A stretch of DNA of 61,092 bases from Polyangiales bacterium (GTDB lineage: Bacteria; Myxococcota_A; Polyangia; Polyangiales; Ga0077539). Within the stretch, counting starts at the first letter, position 1. Every line of letters begins with the position of its first letter. Under the pieces are notes generated by a model. That model was not told where the DNA came from and did no database searches. It saw nothing but the letters and a program-made list of their open reading frames with translations. The stretch is taken from NCBI GenBank assembly GCA_041389825.1, contig JAWKRC010000007.1, forward strand, positions 1-61,092. Direction: 5' to 3'. The position numbers were made by a program, and so were the translations under genes. Of this stretch, positions 36,799-46,084 are shown piece by piece.

Positions 36799-37425
36799 TC
36801 AGAAGGTGACGAGGCCCGTCGACGAGGTCGTCGGAGACTCGGCGGTCGCGGGCGCCGGCTGCGGCTGCGCGAGGCTCGCGAGCACGCCGCGCACCACGGC
36901 GACCTCCTCGCGGCCCGTGACGTGCGGCCACAGCGTGGAGTCGTCGGCGAGCGACGAGTCGAGGCAGCGGTAGTTGAACTCCGCGAACATCCGGTCGGCC
37001 TCGGAGCAGAGGTCGACGCCGTTCACCGTGGGCTTGCCCACCACCGTGACCTCGACGCCGTTGGGCACGTCGCGGAGGCGGACGAAATACGCCGACCCGA
37101 CGCCCTGGTAGCCGCTCGCCGTGGCGACCACGGGGTTCGCGCGCGCCGCGCGGTAGATCAAGAGCGCGGAGCCCGTGGGGCCGCGGCCGAGGTCCGCGGG
37201 CGCCGCGCCGTGGTTGGCGAAGGCGACGCTCACGCGGCGCACGACCTCCTCGGCGGAGCCCGTGACGACCACGGTGCTCGACGCCTCGTTCATGTGCTGG
37301 AGCGTGCTCATGCGCGCGCGCAGGTAGGTCGACATGCACCCGCCGAGTCCCCACGCCCCCGACACCACCAGCGCCAGCACCGACAGACCGTAGGCGACGC
37401 CGCGCCCTCGCCGCTCGTTCGACAT
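36799..37425 (-). CDS. lipoprotein of unknown function
   Basis: MSNERRGRGVAYGLSVLALVVSGAWGLGGC, a lipobox. 208 aa. The longer ORF to 37620 is an unlikely N-terminal extension. Confidence 0.6.
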   Translation of the reverse strand: MSNERRGRGVAYGLSVLALVVSGAWGLGGCMSTYLRARMSTLQHMNEASSTVVVTGSAEEVVRRVSVAFANHGAAPADLGRGPTGSALLIYRAARANPVVATASGYQGVGSAYFVRLRDVPNGVEVTVVGKPTVNGVDLCSEADRMFAEFNYRCLDSSLADDSTLWPHVTGREEVAVVRGVLASLAQPQPAPATAESPTTSSTGLVTF

Positions 37426-37562
37426 GGGTCCTACCCTTCCGCGCGCCACGCTACCCGACCGCGCGCCCGGCACAAGCGACGACGTCGCCGCGTGGCGCGC
37501 CGCCTCGGCGATGGGCACGCACGGCGCAGCGCGCGTCCCGTCGCGGCTCAGGATTTCCTCTG

Positions 37563-37814
37563 ATGTTCGAGAACGCGGTCGGCCCGCATCTTCCGCGGGC
37601 ACTGATGCGTCGACCTGCACTGACCCTCACGCCCGTGGGCAGCCCGCTCTACTCCCGCGCCTCGCGCCTCCGCCGCCGCTCCTTCGGCCGCGGCCGCGCC
37701 GCGCTGAGCTGGAGCGAGGCCCTCACCGCCGCCGACCGATGGCACTCGCCCGACCCGCTCTGCCCGCGCCGCGCTGAGATCGTCCGCGCCCTCGCGACGC
37801 GGGCCGTGGGCTGA
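37563..37814 (+). CDS. small Arg-rich hypothetical protein (start uncertain; possibly ATG 37605)
   Basis: High GC3 over most of its length. The stop overlaps the next ORF's ATG by 1 nt (TGATG). No recognisable domain. Confidence 0.3.
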   Translation: MFENAVGPHLPRALMRRPALTLTPVGSPLYSRASRLRRRSFGRGRAALSWSEALTAADRWHSPDPLCPRRAEIVRALATRAVG

Positions 37815-38092
37815 TGCGCCCGCTCGTCGTCTCCTTCGACGCGCTCAGCCCGAACGACCGCCGCGCGCTCCTCGCGTCGGCGCGCCAGCTCGGGATCGAC
37901 CTCACGCGCACCGCCCGCGCCCTCGGGTGGCCGACCCCGCGGCGCGACGCCGTCGCGCCCGACGTCGCGCGAGCGCTCGACGGGCTGTGCAACGGCTTCC
38001 ACGTGATCCCGCCGCCGGTGGGGTCGCCCGCGCGAGACGAGCTCTGGGCGGCCTTCTTCGCAGGCGTCGACAGCGTGACCACCAACGGGTGA
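37814..38092 (+). CDS. small hypothetical protein (92 aa)
   Basis: Nearly every codon ends in G/C, consistent with genuine coding in this genome. Coupled to the upstream small ORF. Ends 17 nt before tRNA-Arg. Confidence 0.45.
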   Translation: MRPLVVSFDALSPNDRRALLASARQLGIDLTRTARALGWPTPRRDAVAPDVARALDGLCNGFHVIPPPVGSPARDELWAAFFAGVDSVTTNG

Positions 38093-38108
38093 GCGCGTTG
38101 CACGTCGG

Positions 38109-38181
38109 TACCCTCAGCAGGGATCGAACCTGCGACCTTCGGCTTAGGAAGCCGCTGCTCTATCCACTGAGCTATGAGGGC
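38109..38181 (-). tRNA. tRNA-Arg (anticodon CCT)
   Basis: Reverse complement GCCCTCATAGCTCAGTGGATAGAGCAGCGGCTTCCTAAGCCGAAGGTCGCAGGTTCGATCCCTGCTGAGGGTA folds as a cloverleaf. 7-bp acceptor stem, D-arm GCTC/GAGC, anticodon loop TTCCTAA, T-arm GCAGG/CCTGC with TTCGATC. 3' CC is encoded. Confidence 0.85.
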
Positions 38182-38235
38182 GTCGCCCCGCGGTGCGCGC
38201 GGGGCGGCGGATGATCCACGGTCCGCGCGTGGGGG

Positions 38236-38736
38236 TCAACCCGACGTCTGCGCCGCGCGCGCAGCGTCGAGCACCTTCGCCGCGTGCCCCGCCGCCCGCA
38301 CGCTCGTCCACACGCTCTCGATGTCGCCGTCAGGGTCGATCAAGAAGGTCGTGCGCAGCGTCCCCTCGACGGTCTTGCCGTACATGTTCTTCTCGCCCCA
38401 CGCGCCGTAGGCCCGCTGCACCGCCAGGTCGGGGTCGCTCAGGAGCGTCACCCTCAGCCCGTGCTTGTCCCTGAACTTGCAGTGCGACGCGACCGTGTCC
38501 TTCGACACGCCGAGCACGGTGACCCCGTCCTTCGCGAAGTCGTCGGCGAGGTCGGTGAACTCCTTCGCCTCCACCGTGCAGCCCGGGGTGTCGTCCTTCG
38601 GGTAGAAGTACAGCACCACCCACCGCCCCTTCAGCCCCGCGAGCGTGACCGTCTCCCCCGCGTCGCTCTGCAAGCTGAACCCCGGGGCCTTCTCTCCCAC
38701 CGCGGGCGTCGTCGCCCCGCTCTTCGCCTTCGCCAT
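38236..38736 (-). CDS. bcp: thiol peroxidase Bcp (peroxiredoxin)
   Basis: ...GRWVVLYFYPKDDTPGCTVEAKEF..., the peroxidatic Cys in the PxxxTxxC context. Confidence 0.9.
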   Translation of the reverse strand: MAKAKSGATTPAVGEKAPGFSLQSDAGETVTLAGLKGRWVVLYFYPKDDTPGCTVEAKEFTDLADDFAKDGVTVLGVSKDTVASHCKFRDKHGLRVTLLSDPDLAVQRAYGAWGEKNMYGKTVEGTLRTTFLIDPDGDIESVWTSVRAAGHAAKVLDAARAAQTSG

Positions 38737-38827
38737 GGCCGCGATGCTTCGCCCAGCGCGCGGCCAGCGTCCACTTCGCGCCGCTGACTCCCGCGCCCGA
38801 TGGTGCTACGCACCTCAGCCCTCACCG

Positions 38828-40201
38828 ATGCGCCGATACCGCCTCCTCCCCGCCGCCCTCGCCCTGCTCGCCACCTGCCAGCGCTCCGCCCCCGCGCAGG
38901 ACCGTCCGCGCGAGCCCCGCCCCGCGCCCGCCGCGACACCCGACGTCCCTGTCGCGACACCTTCGTCGCCCGACGCCGGCGCCGCCGCAGCGACCCCGAC
39001 GCCATCGCCTCCACCGCCCGCGCGGCGCGGGCCCATGAACGTCATCCTCCTCACCCTCGACAGCCTCCGCGCCGACATGCCCTGGGCGGGCTACGAGCGG
39101 CCCATCGCGCCCTTCCTCACGCGGTTGGAGGCCGAGAGCGTGAGCTACACCCGCGCCTACGCCCTCTCGTCGTACACCTCGATGTCGGTGGGCGGGTTCC
39201 TCGGCGGGAGGCTCCCGGGCGAGCTCCGCCGCGACGGGTACTTCTTCGGCACCTACCCCCGCTCGGTGACCTTCTTCCCCGAGAAGCTCCAAGAGGCCGG
39301 GGTGCGCACCTTCGGCGCCCACGCGCACGGGTACTTCCGCGCGCGCCGCGCGGGCTTCGACCAGGGCTTCGACCACTGGGAGCTCCTGCCGAACCTCCGC
39401 TGGGACCCGACCACCGACGTCGAGATCACCGGCGACCGGCACGCCGCCGCCGCGCGGCGCCTCTTCTCCGACCCGCAGAACACCTCCGGCCGCTTCTTCG
39501 CGTGGTTCCACTTCATGGACCCGCACGACCAGTACCGCGAGCACCCGGGCATCTCGTACGGCCGTCGCCTGCGCGACCGCTACGACGGCGAGGTCACCTT
39601 CACCGACCGCCAGCTCGAGGGGCTCATCACCTGGATCCGCCAGCAGCCCTGGGCCGCGAACACCGCGATCATCATCTCCGCCGACCACGGCGAGAGCCTC
39701 GGCGAGCACAACCACTACCGGCACGGCTTCCAGGTCTGGCAGCAGCTCATCCGCGTGCCGTGGTTCTTCCTCGTCCCCGGCGCGCGCGCGCACCGCGTCG
39801 AGGCCCCGCGCAGCCACATCGACCTCGCGCCCACCGTGCTCGACCTCATGGGCGTCGCGCCGGAGCCCGAGTTCACCGGTCACTCCCTCGTGCCCGAGAT
39901 CTTCGGCGCCGCCCCTGAGACCCGCGACGTGTGGGTCGACCTCCCGCGCACCAGCAACAACGACCGCCGCCGCGTGCTCATCCACGGCCAGTACAAGCTC
40001 ACGGCCTACGGCGACGACCACCGCTTCGAGCTCTTCGACATCGAGGCCGACCCCGGCGAGACGCGCAACCTCTCGCGCGAGCAGCCCGAGCTCTTCCGCG
40101 AGATGGTCGCGCGCTACCGCGCCGCGCAGTCGGGCTTCCGCGACGAGCACCCGTACGCGTGCCGCAACCTCCAGGGCGCGCCTCCGGGGCGCGGCTGGTA
40201 G
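38828..40201 (+). CDS. sulfatase-family (alkaline-phosphatase superfamily) secreted enzyme
   Basis: Signal MRRYRLLPAALALLATCQRS. Pro/Ala-rich linker. NVILLTLDSLRADM...SADHGESLGEH (Ser/Cys-type sulfatase/phosphoethanolamine-transferase-like core with a Ser in place of Cys in the DSLR motif). Confidence 0.8.
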   Translation: MRRYRLLPAALALLATCQRSAPAQDRPREPRPAPAATPDVPVATPSSPDAGAAAATPTPSPPPPARRGPMNVILLTLDSLRADMPWAGYERPIAPFLTRLEAESVSYTRAYALSSYTSMSVGGFLGGRLPGELRRDGYFFGTYPRSVTFFPEKLQEAGVRTFGAHAHGYFRARRAGFDQGFDHWELLPNLRWDPTTDVEITGDRHAAAARRLFSDPQNTSGRFFAWFHFMDPHDQYREHPGISYGRRLRDRYDGEVTFTDRQLEGLITWIRQQPWAANTAIIISADHGESLGEHNHYRHGFQVWQQLIRVPWFFLVPGARAHRVEAPRSHIDLAPTVLDLMGVAPEPEFTGHSLVPEIFGAAPETRDVWVDLPRTSNNDRRRVLIHGQYKLTAYGDDHRFELFDIEADPGETRNLSREQPELFREMVARYRAAQSGFRDEHPYACRNLQGAPPGRGW

Positions 40202-40205
40202 CGCC

Positions 40206-41384
40206 TCAGCCGGGCGTCGCCGTCGGGCAGCCGAAGAGGATCTGCACGCGCCCGTTCGAGTCGCTCTGGAGCCGGTCGCAGGCCGGGCCGTACAGCACGA
40301 TCGAGCGCATCCCGTTGGAGTAGTCCCAGCCGTTGGAGTGCGACACGTCGCGCACGATCACCTGCGGCTCGGCGGCGCCGGTGCCCGTGAAGCTCACGTT
40401 CACGCGGTTGGGGTCGACGCGCGAGGGGTCGGCGTCGACCTCGAACTCGCAGGTCGACGCGCGGCCGCGGATGTCTTCGAGCGCGCGGTTGAGGTCGTCC
40501 TCGAAGCTCCCCGAGCGCAGGGTGTAGTGGCAGTCGCGCGTCGCGGCGCAGCCCGGAGAGCGCCCCGTGCCGCCCGTGAACGCGAGGTCCGAGAGGAACT
40601 GGTCGCTCGCCTCGGGGGTGCCCGTGACGTAGGTGCGCACCGGCGGCGAGGCCATCGCGGCGCGGGCGACGGCGACGCGCACGGCGCCGCGCGCGAGCTC
40701 TTCGTTGTACGCGAGGCACGCGAAGTCGGGCGGCAGGAGCTGGCAGAGCTGCGCCATGGGCGAGCACTCGTCGGTGGGCGCGCCGTCGGTGATAAGAATG
40801 ACGTTGCGGGAGCCCTCGCCCGAGAAGGTCTCGTAGAAGCCGCGGGTGCCCTCCATCGCGCAGGCCATGGGGGTGTTGCCGTTCGGCGACGCGGTGCGCA
40901 GGGCGGTCTGGAGCGCCGTGCGGTTGTCGCGGATGGGGAGCACGGGCACCGCGGGCGTGCGGTAGCTCGCGGCCTCGCCGGCGGCGCCGCTCACGGGCGG
41001 GAAGAAGGTCAGGCCCATCGCGATCTCGGGGTCGAGGCGCGTGAGGAGCGACTGGAGCGCCGACACCGCCGCCGCCCACTTGCCGCTGTCGCGCATCGAG
41101 CCCGAGCGGTCGAGCACCACGAGGAGGTTCACGGGGCGCCGCCGCGCGTCGGCGCTGGTCTGCGCGCACGCCGCGTCGGCCTCGATCACGTTCGGCCCGC
41201 GGTCGGGGATCGGGATCGCGTCGCGCGTGGCCGTCTCGAAGGACGGGGCGATCTGCGCGTCGGTGACGCCGCCGTCCATGCGGCCCGAGCCCGGGGTGAA
41301 GCCGGGGTCGGTCTCGGCGCTACAGCCGATCGACAGCCCGAGACCCATCAGAACCCCCGCGCCCAAGAGAAGCCTTCGTGACAT
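40206..41384 (-). CDS. von Willebrand factor A (VWA) domain lipoprotein
   Basis: MSRRLLLGAGVLMGLGLSIGCS, a lipobox. MIDAS motif in VVLDRSGSM ... TPMACAM ... ILITDGAPT. Confidence 0.75.
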   Translation of the reverse strand: MSRRLLLGAGVLMGLGLSIGCSAETDPGFTPGSGRMDGGVTDAQIAPSFETATRDAIPIPDRGPNVIEADAACAQTSADARRRPVNLLVVLDRSGSMRDSGKWAAAVSALQSLLTRLDPEIAMGLTFFPPVSGAAGEAASYRTPAVPVLPIRDNRTALQTALRTASPNGNTPMACAMEGTRGFYETFSGEGSRNVILITDGAPTDECSPMAQLCQLLPPDFACLAYNEELARGAVRVAVARAAMASPPVRTYVTGTPEASDQFLSDLAFTGGTGRSPGCAATRDCHYTLRSGSFEDDLNRALEDIRGRASTCEFEVDADPSRVDPNRVNVSFTGTGAAEPQVIVRDVSHSNGWDYSNGMRSIVLYGPACDRLQSDSNGRVQILFGCPTATPG

Positions 41385-41447
41385 GGCGCGGGATTGTATC
41401 CGACATCCGGCGCTCCGCTCCAAGAGGGGCTCGGACGTCGCAGGCCG

Positions 41448-41843
41448 CTACGCCTTCGCGCCTCCCCCGTCGCCCCCGCCCTTGTCGCCCTTCATCAAGC
41501 GCTGTCCGACCAGGAACACCACCAGCGCCGCTGCGAGACCCAGCATCCAGGTCGGGGTCTCGAAGCGCGTCTCGGGCGGGGGCGCGGCGACCTCGCCCGT
41601 CGCGTCGTCGAGGCGGCTGCGTCGGCTCGTCACGATGATCCCTCCGCGACCGCGCGCGCCGCCGTGGGCCTGCGCGCCGGAGCCGTCGTCGAGCGCGCCC
41701 ACGTCCTGCCCCGCGTTCTCGGCGCGGTGGGCCGTGCTCCCGCCGAACATCCGCCAGGCCGCGACCCCCACCAGCCCCACGATCAGCAGGATGATCACGT
41801 ACTCGACGGTCGACAGGCCGCGCGTGTCTCGGGAGAGTCGCAT
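41448..41843 (-). CDS. membrane protein with Flp/Fap-pilin-like N-terminus and second C-terminal TM helix
   Basis: MRLSRDTRGLSTVEYVIILLIVGLVGVAAW matches the Flp prepilin G/xxxxEY-hydrophobic motif. It is unusually long (132 aa) with a Gly-rich tail. The ORF upstream to 41981 is an R-rich extension. Confidence 0.5.
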   Translation of the reverse strand: MRLSRDTRGLSTVEYVIILLIVGLVGVAAWRMFGGSTAHRAENAGQDVGALDDGSGAQAHGGARGRGGIIVTSRRSRLDDATGEVAAPPPETRFETPTWMLGLAAALVVFLVGQRLMKGDKGGGDGGGAKA

Positions 41844-41871
41844 CGCGCGCTGAGCCTCACACGACCCGCGC

Positions 41872-42408
41872 TCAACCGCCATCGCCCGCGTCCCCCGCCT
41901 CCGCCGCGTCGTCCCCCGCGTCGGAAGCGTCCATCGACCCGCCCGCGTCCGGAGCGTCACCCTCCTCGCCCGCGTCCTCATCGGCGCCGAGGTCGAGGCC
42001 GACGTCGAAGCCCGCGTCGACGCAGGGCTTGCCCGAGGTCGTCCACCGCTCGCAGCCGTAGGTGTCTCGCGAGCGCACCCAAAGCGAGGGCGCGCCCTCT
42101 CCGCACACGCGGGCGCAGAAGCCCGCGCGGGTCGACCCGCCGACGTAGACGCACCCGCACGAGGGAGCCTCGATGGGGCAGCACGCGGGGCCCGCGTCGA
42201 CGCCGACGTCCACGCCGAGGCCCGACTCGCCCGCGTCGATCGCCGCCACGCAGCGAAAGCTCACGCACACCTGCCCCGCGCGGCACGCGGGGGTGCACAG
42301 AGAGAACTCCCCCGCGTCGACGCCCACGTCGTCGTCCGGAGGCACGTAGGGGTCGGCGTAGCAGCCGACGGCCGAGAGGAGGGCCGCGAGGGCGAGCGCG
42401 CGCTTCAC
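41872..42408 (-). CDS. Cys-rich acidic lipoprotein
   Basis: MKRALALAALLSAVGC lipobox. 16 Cys in a ~110-aa core. D/E/A-rich C-terminal tail. Confidence 0.6.
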   Translation of the reverse strand: MKRALALAALLSAVGCYADPYVPPDDDVGVDAGEFSLCTPACRAGQVCVSFRCVAAIDAGESGLGVDVGVDAGPACCPIEAPSCGCVYVGGSTRAGFCARVCGEGAPSLWVRSRDTYGCERWTTSGKPCVDAGFDVGLDLGADEDAGEEGDAPDAGGSMDASDAGDDAAEAGDAGDGG

Positions 42409-42426
42409 CCTCGCGAAGGTAGCGCG

Positions 42427-43521
42427 TCAGTTCGCCGAGACCGAGCCCGACACCTGCACCGAGACCTGCACCGAGACGTTCACGCTCGCCACGCTGCTCG
42501 TCACCGCGCCCACGGCGGCGCCCGCGCAGGTAGCGGCCTGGATCCCGATGGAGCGCGCCGCGCTGGGCAGGTCGGCGATGGCCCGCGCGAGGGCCGCCCC
42601 GGAGCGCGAGCTGCGCTCGACCTGCGCGCGCACCTGGAGCACCTGCGAGAAGCCCGAGCGGATCGCGGCCTGCACGCGCTCGACCTTCTGCTGGAGGTTC
42701 GTGCCGACGTTGCCGTTGATGCGCAGCTCGGCGCGGCCCGGCGTGCACGTGGCCTGCGCGTCGAGGCGCGCGTCGCACGCGGCGCGGCAGTCGGCGCTCA
42801 CCCGCGGCGGCTCCACCCGCCCCGTGCACCGCGGCTCGCGGAAGGCCACGGAGCACTCCCCGCGGCACTCTCCGCCGCACTGCCCCGACGCGCGGCTCAC
42901 GCAGCGGCCCTGGCAGGTGCCCTGGCACGACCCGTCGGCGCCCGCGGTGCCCTGACACGTCCCCTCGCAGGCGCCGTCGCACGACCCGCTGACCTCGACG
43001 GCGCAGCGTCCCGTGCACTGGGCCTCGCACGCGCCGCGGAGCTCGCCGCCCTCGCACTGCACCTGCGCCTGCCCCGGCGTGAACGACGCGTCGCACTCGG
43101 CCGCGCAGCGACCGTAGGCGTCGACCGAGACCTCGCAGCGCGGGGGCACGGTCTGGAGCTCGACGGTGACGCCCGCGGAGCCGCGGATCTCGGTGAGGTC
43201 GGCGCGGAGCTGGTTCGAGACGCGCTCGCACGCGGCGCGCAGGGCCTCGGGGCTGTCGCCGGCGCCGAGCTCGGCGGCGGGGATGCCGAGGTCGCGGCCC
43301 ATGGTGCGGCAGGCGTTGAGGAGCGTCGCGTTGAGCTGCGCGGCGTTGGCGGCGAAGGCGTTGGCGGTGGCGATGAAGGTCTCGACCTTCTGCGCCGAGG
43401 CCGAGGCGCCGAGGTCGCCGTTGCAAGACCCGCCGAGGGTGCCCGCGCCGAAGCCGCCGGGGCAGCCCGAGGTGAGGAAGGCCGCGTAGGCCAGGCCGAG
43501 GGTGGAGAGTCGTCGAGTCAC
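42427..43521 (-). CDS. Cys-rich lipoprotein with C-x-G-x-C repeats
   Basis: MTRRLSTLGLAYAAFLTSGC lipobox. The central region has repeated C(E/D)xxCxGxC units (...CEAQCTGRCAVEVSGSCDGACEGTCQGTAGADGSCQGTCQGRCVSRASGQCGGECRGECS...). Confidence 0.65.
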   Translation of the reverse strand: MTRRLSTLGLAYAAFLTSGCPGGFGAGTLGGSCNGDLGASASAQKVETFIATANAFAANAAQLNATLLNACRTMGRDLGIPAAELGAGDSPEALRAACERVSNQLRADLTEIRGSAGVTVELQTVPPRCEVSVDAYGRCAAECDASFTPGQAQVQCEGGELRGACEAQCTGRCAVEVSGSCDGACEGTCQGTAGADGSCQGTCQGRCVSRASGQCGGECRGECSVAFREPRCTGRVEPPRVSADCRAACDARLDAQATCTPGRAELRINGNVGTNLQQKVERVQAAIRSGFSQVLQVRAQVERSSRSGAALARAIADLPSAARSIGIQAATCAGAAVGAVTSSVASVNVSVQVSVQVSGSVSAN

Positions 43522-43720
43522 GGTGGTGTCGCCTCCAGGGTGAAGGGTCGAGAGGTGCGGCGACGGAAAACCCCTTCCGTTCGCGGCGGTGATGGAACAC
43601 CGCGGGTCGCGGGCAGGGCAAGGGGAGAGTCGCCGCGGGTCGACCGTGGGTGATTCGCCGCGCGGGTCGCGTTACGGTCGCAGCGATCGCGCGACCGAGC
43701 GCGTCGAGGAGATTTCACGG

Positions 43721-44215
43721 ATGAGCGAAGAGTCGTGCGGGGGGATGATGGGCAGGCGGCGCTTCCTCGAGGTCGTCGGCCTCGGGAGCGCGCTGATCGT
43801 GGTGGGCACCGCGGGCTGCGGAGACACGTCGACGCCCCCGCCGCCGTTCTCCGCCGGCCGCGTGGCCGACCACCCGCAGGGGGTCTACAAGCTCTACACC
43901 GCGCAAGCGGCCATCGTCGGGCGCGACGCGGGGGGCTACTTCGCCTTCACGGCGATCTGCCCGCACGAGGCGACCGCGGTGACCTTCCAGTCGGGCGCGA
44001 CGGCGTGCGAGCCCGCGGCGAGCGGGTGCGCGCAGAGCACCATCGGGGCCTTCCGCTGCCCGAACCACGGCTCGACCTTCGACGCGAACGGAGACGTGAC
44101 GCAGGGCCCGGCGACCACGGGGCTGCAGCACTTTCAGGTCACCGTGAGCGCGGGGGAGATCACCGTGAACCCCGGCGTGAACGTCGGCGCGAACGTGCGC
44201 TCGATGGCGGGCTGA
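43721..44215 (+). CDS. Rieske (2Fe-2S) domain lipoprotein with twin-arginine signal
   Basis: MSEESCGGMMGRRRFLEVVGLGSALIVVGTAGC (TAT plus lipobox). Rieske boxes CPHEA and CPNHGS. Confidence 0.75.
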   Translation: MSEESCGGMMGRRRFLEVVGLGSALIVVGTAGCGDTSTPPPPFSAGRVADHPQGVYKLYTAQAAIVGRDAGGYFAFTAICPHEATAVTFQSGATACEPAASGCAQSTIGAFRCPNHGSTFDANGDVTQGPATTGLQHFQVTVSAGEITVNPGVNVGANVRSMAG

Positions 44216-44219
44216 GCGC

Positions 44220-45446
44220 TCAGCGGCAGGCGGGCAGCGTCGCGGGGTTCTCGTCCCAGAGGACCCCGGCGCGCACCAGCGCGGCGCGCTCGGCGCCGTT
44301 CACCCAGCCCTGGTACCGCGCGTCGTCGAGCGCGTAGCGGTAGAGGAACGCCGTCGCAAGGAGCCTCAGCGCGCGAGCGCGGGTGTCGATGGGCGCCGCG
44401 CCCCGCGCGCAGACCGTGCACTGGAACCCGCAGGCGGTGTCGACGAAGTCGTTGTGACCGAAGTTGTTGAGCGGGAACCGCGCGACCGTCGCCGTCGCGG
44501 GCGCGCTCTCGGCGAAGCGCTGCCAGTTGCTCCCCTCGGGCGCGCACGAGGTCCCGAGCTGCGCGCAGCGCGACTGGGTGGCGCCGAAGAGCGCGAGGGG
44601 GCGCGCGAGGCCGCCCATGCGCTCGGGCGCGATGGAGGGCGCGCGCTCGTTCACCTGCCCGAGCGGCGCGGGGTTGTCGTCGACCGGGTCGAGCGCGACG
44701 CCCGCGACGAAGGCCGTGTCCGAGAGGAGCGCCATGATCGCGCCCTTGCCGCCGAGGGAGTGACCCATGGCGACGGAGCGGCCCGCCCTCACCCGGTCGC
44801 GGCCGGGGAAGTCGACCCGGCCCGCCTCGATGAGCGCGCGCGCGGCGGCGATGGCCACGGGCACGTTGCGGTGGTCGACGCCGAGGAGGGTGCCCGGGTA
44901 GTCGACGCTCGCGACGACGAAGCCCCACGAGGCGATGTGCGTGAGCAGGCCGTCGTAGTTGTTCGTCGCGAGCTGAAAGCCGTGCGCGAACACGACCAGC
45001 GGGTGACGCCCCGCGCCGCTCGACGGGTAGTGGATGCGCGTCGTGCCGCTCACCCCTGAGACGGAGCCCGTCCAGGTCGCGACGGTGAAGGGGCCGCGGG
45101 CGCCGAGGTCCTCGCGGGGGCCGGCGTCCGCTTCGGGCGAAGCGTCGTTCGCGACACCGACGTCGTCCGTCGCGGGCGGGACGTCGAGCGCGGGCGGGAG
45201 GTCTTCGACGATCGGGACGTCTCGGTCGGGGCCGGCGTCTTCGACGGGCGGGAGGTCCTCGGCGACGAAGACATCCGGGGCGCCCGCGTCCATCGCGACG
45301 TCTTCCGGCGCGACGTCGTCCACCGATGCGCGGTCCTCGACGACGCCGAGGTCGACCGCCGTCGACGCCTCGGGCAGCAGCCTCGACTCCACCGACTCGC
45401 TGCACCCCGCGAGGAGCGCCAGCGCGCACGCGACCTTGAGCTTCAT
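44220..45446 (-). CDS. alpha/beta hydrolase lipoprotein (chlorophyllase / PET-hydrolase / PAF-acetylhydrolase-like)
   Basis: MKLKVACALALLAGC lipobox. Acidic P/D/V-rich linker. HPLVVFAHGF...GHSLGG nucleophile elbow ...HNDF. Confidence 0.75.
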   Translation of the reverse strand: MKLKVACALALLAGCSESVESRLLPEASTAVDLGVVEDRASVDDVAPEDVAMDAGAPDVFVAEDLPPVEDAGPDRDVPIVEDLPPALDVPPATDDVGVANDASPEADAGPREDLGARGPFTVATWTGSVSGVSGTTRIHYPSSGAGRHPLVVFAHGFQLATNNYDGLLTHIASWGFVVASVDYPGTLLGVDHRNVPVAIAAARALIEAGRVDFPGRDRVRAGRSVAMGHSLGGKGAIMALLSDTAFVAGVALDPVDDNPAPLGQVNERAPSIAPERMGGLARPLALFGATQSRCAQLGTSCAPEGSNWQRFAESAPATATVARFPLNNFGHNDFVDTACGFQCTVCARGAAPIDTRARALRLLATAFLYRYALDDARYQGWVNGAERAALVRAGVLWDENPATLPACR

Positions 45447-46072
45447 GTCACTCCGCTGAGGTGCGCCGTGTCATTGATGCAGGCCACGCGGCGCAGGCCG
45501 CCATCATGCCACTCCACGCGCTGCACCGAGGCGTTGTCGACGGTGAACAACACGGCCGGCTCGGTCACCGCCATGAGGTAGCGCAGCATGTGGTTGATCG
45601 CGACGCCGTGGCTCACCACCAGCACCCGCCCGCGCGCGTGCTGCGACAGCACCTCGTCAATGGCCCGAGACACGCGCGCCGCGCACTGCGCGTGCGACTC
45701 TCCGTTGGGCGGCGCCCAGTCGGGGTCGCGCCGCAGGAGCGCGCTCCACCCCTCGGGGTAGCGCGCCTTCACCTCGTCGAAGCTCAGGTCGACGAGGTCG
45801 CCCATGTCCCTCTCGCGCAGCGACGCCCACGGCCGGATCGTGTAGCCGAGCCGCTGCGCGAGGGGCGCCGCGGTCTGCATCGCGCGCGGCAGGTCGCTCG
45901 CGTACACCGCCTCGAAGGTGAGCGCCCCGAAGGCCTCGGCGAGGGCGTCGGCCTGGCGCCGCCCCTTCTCCGAGAGGGGCGATGGGCCGTGGCCCGTGAA
46001 GCGCTTGCCGCGGTTGCCCTCAGACTCCGCGTGACGCACCAGCCAGAGCTCACGCGCGGGTTCGATCTTCAT
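45443..46072 (-). CDS. histidine phosphatase family protein (phosphoglycerate-mutase-like)
   Basis: LWLVRHAESEGN...RFTG, the RHG motif, ...SHG. ATGA overlap with the downstream hydrolase gene. Confidence 0.8.
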   Translation of the reverse strand: MKIEPARELWLVRHAESEGNRGKRFTGHGPSPLSEKGRRQADALAEAFGALTFEAVYASDLPRAMQTAAPLAQRLGYTIRPWASLRERDMGDLVDLSFDEVKARYPEGWSALLRRDPDWAPPNGESHAQCAARVSRAIDEVLSQHARGRVLVVSHGVAINHMLRYLMAVTEPAVLFTVDNASVQRVEWHDGGLRRVACINDTAHLSGVT

Positions 46073-46084
46073 GCCCTTCTCTCC

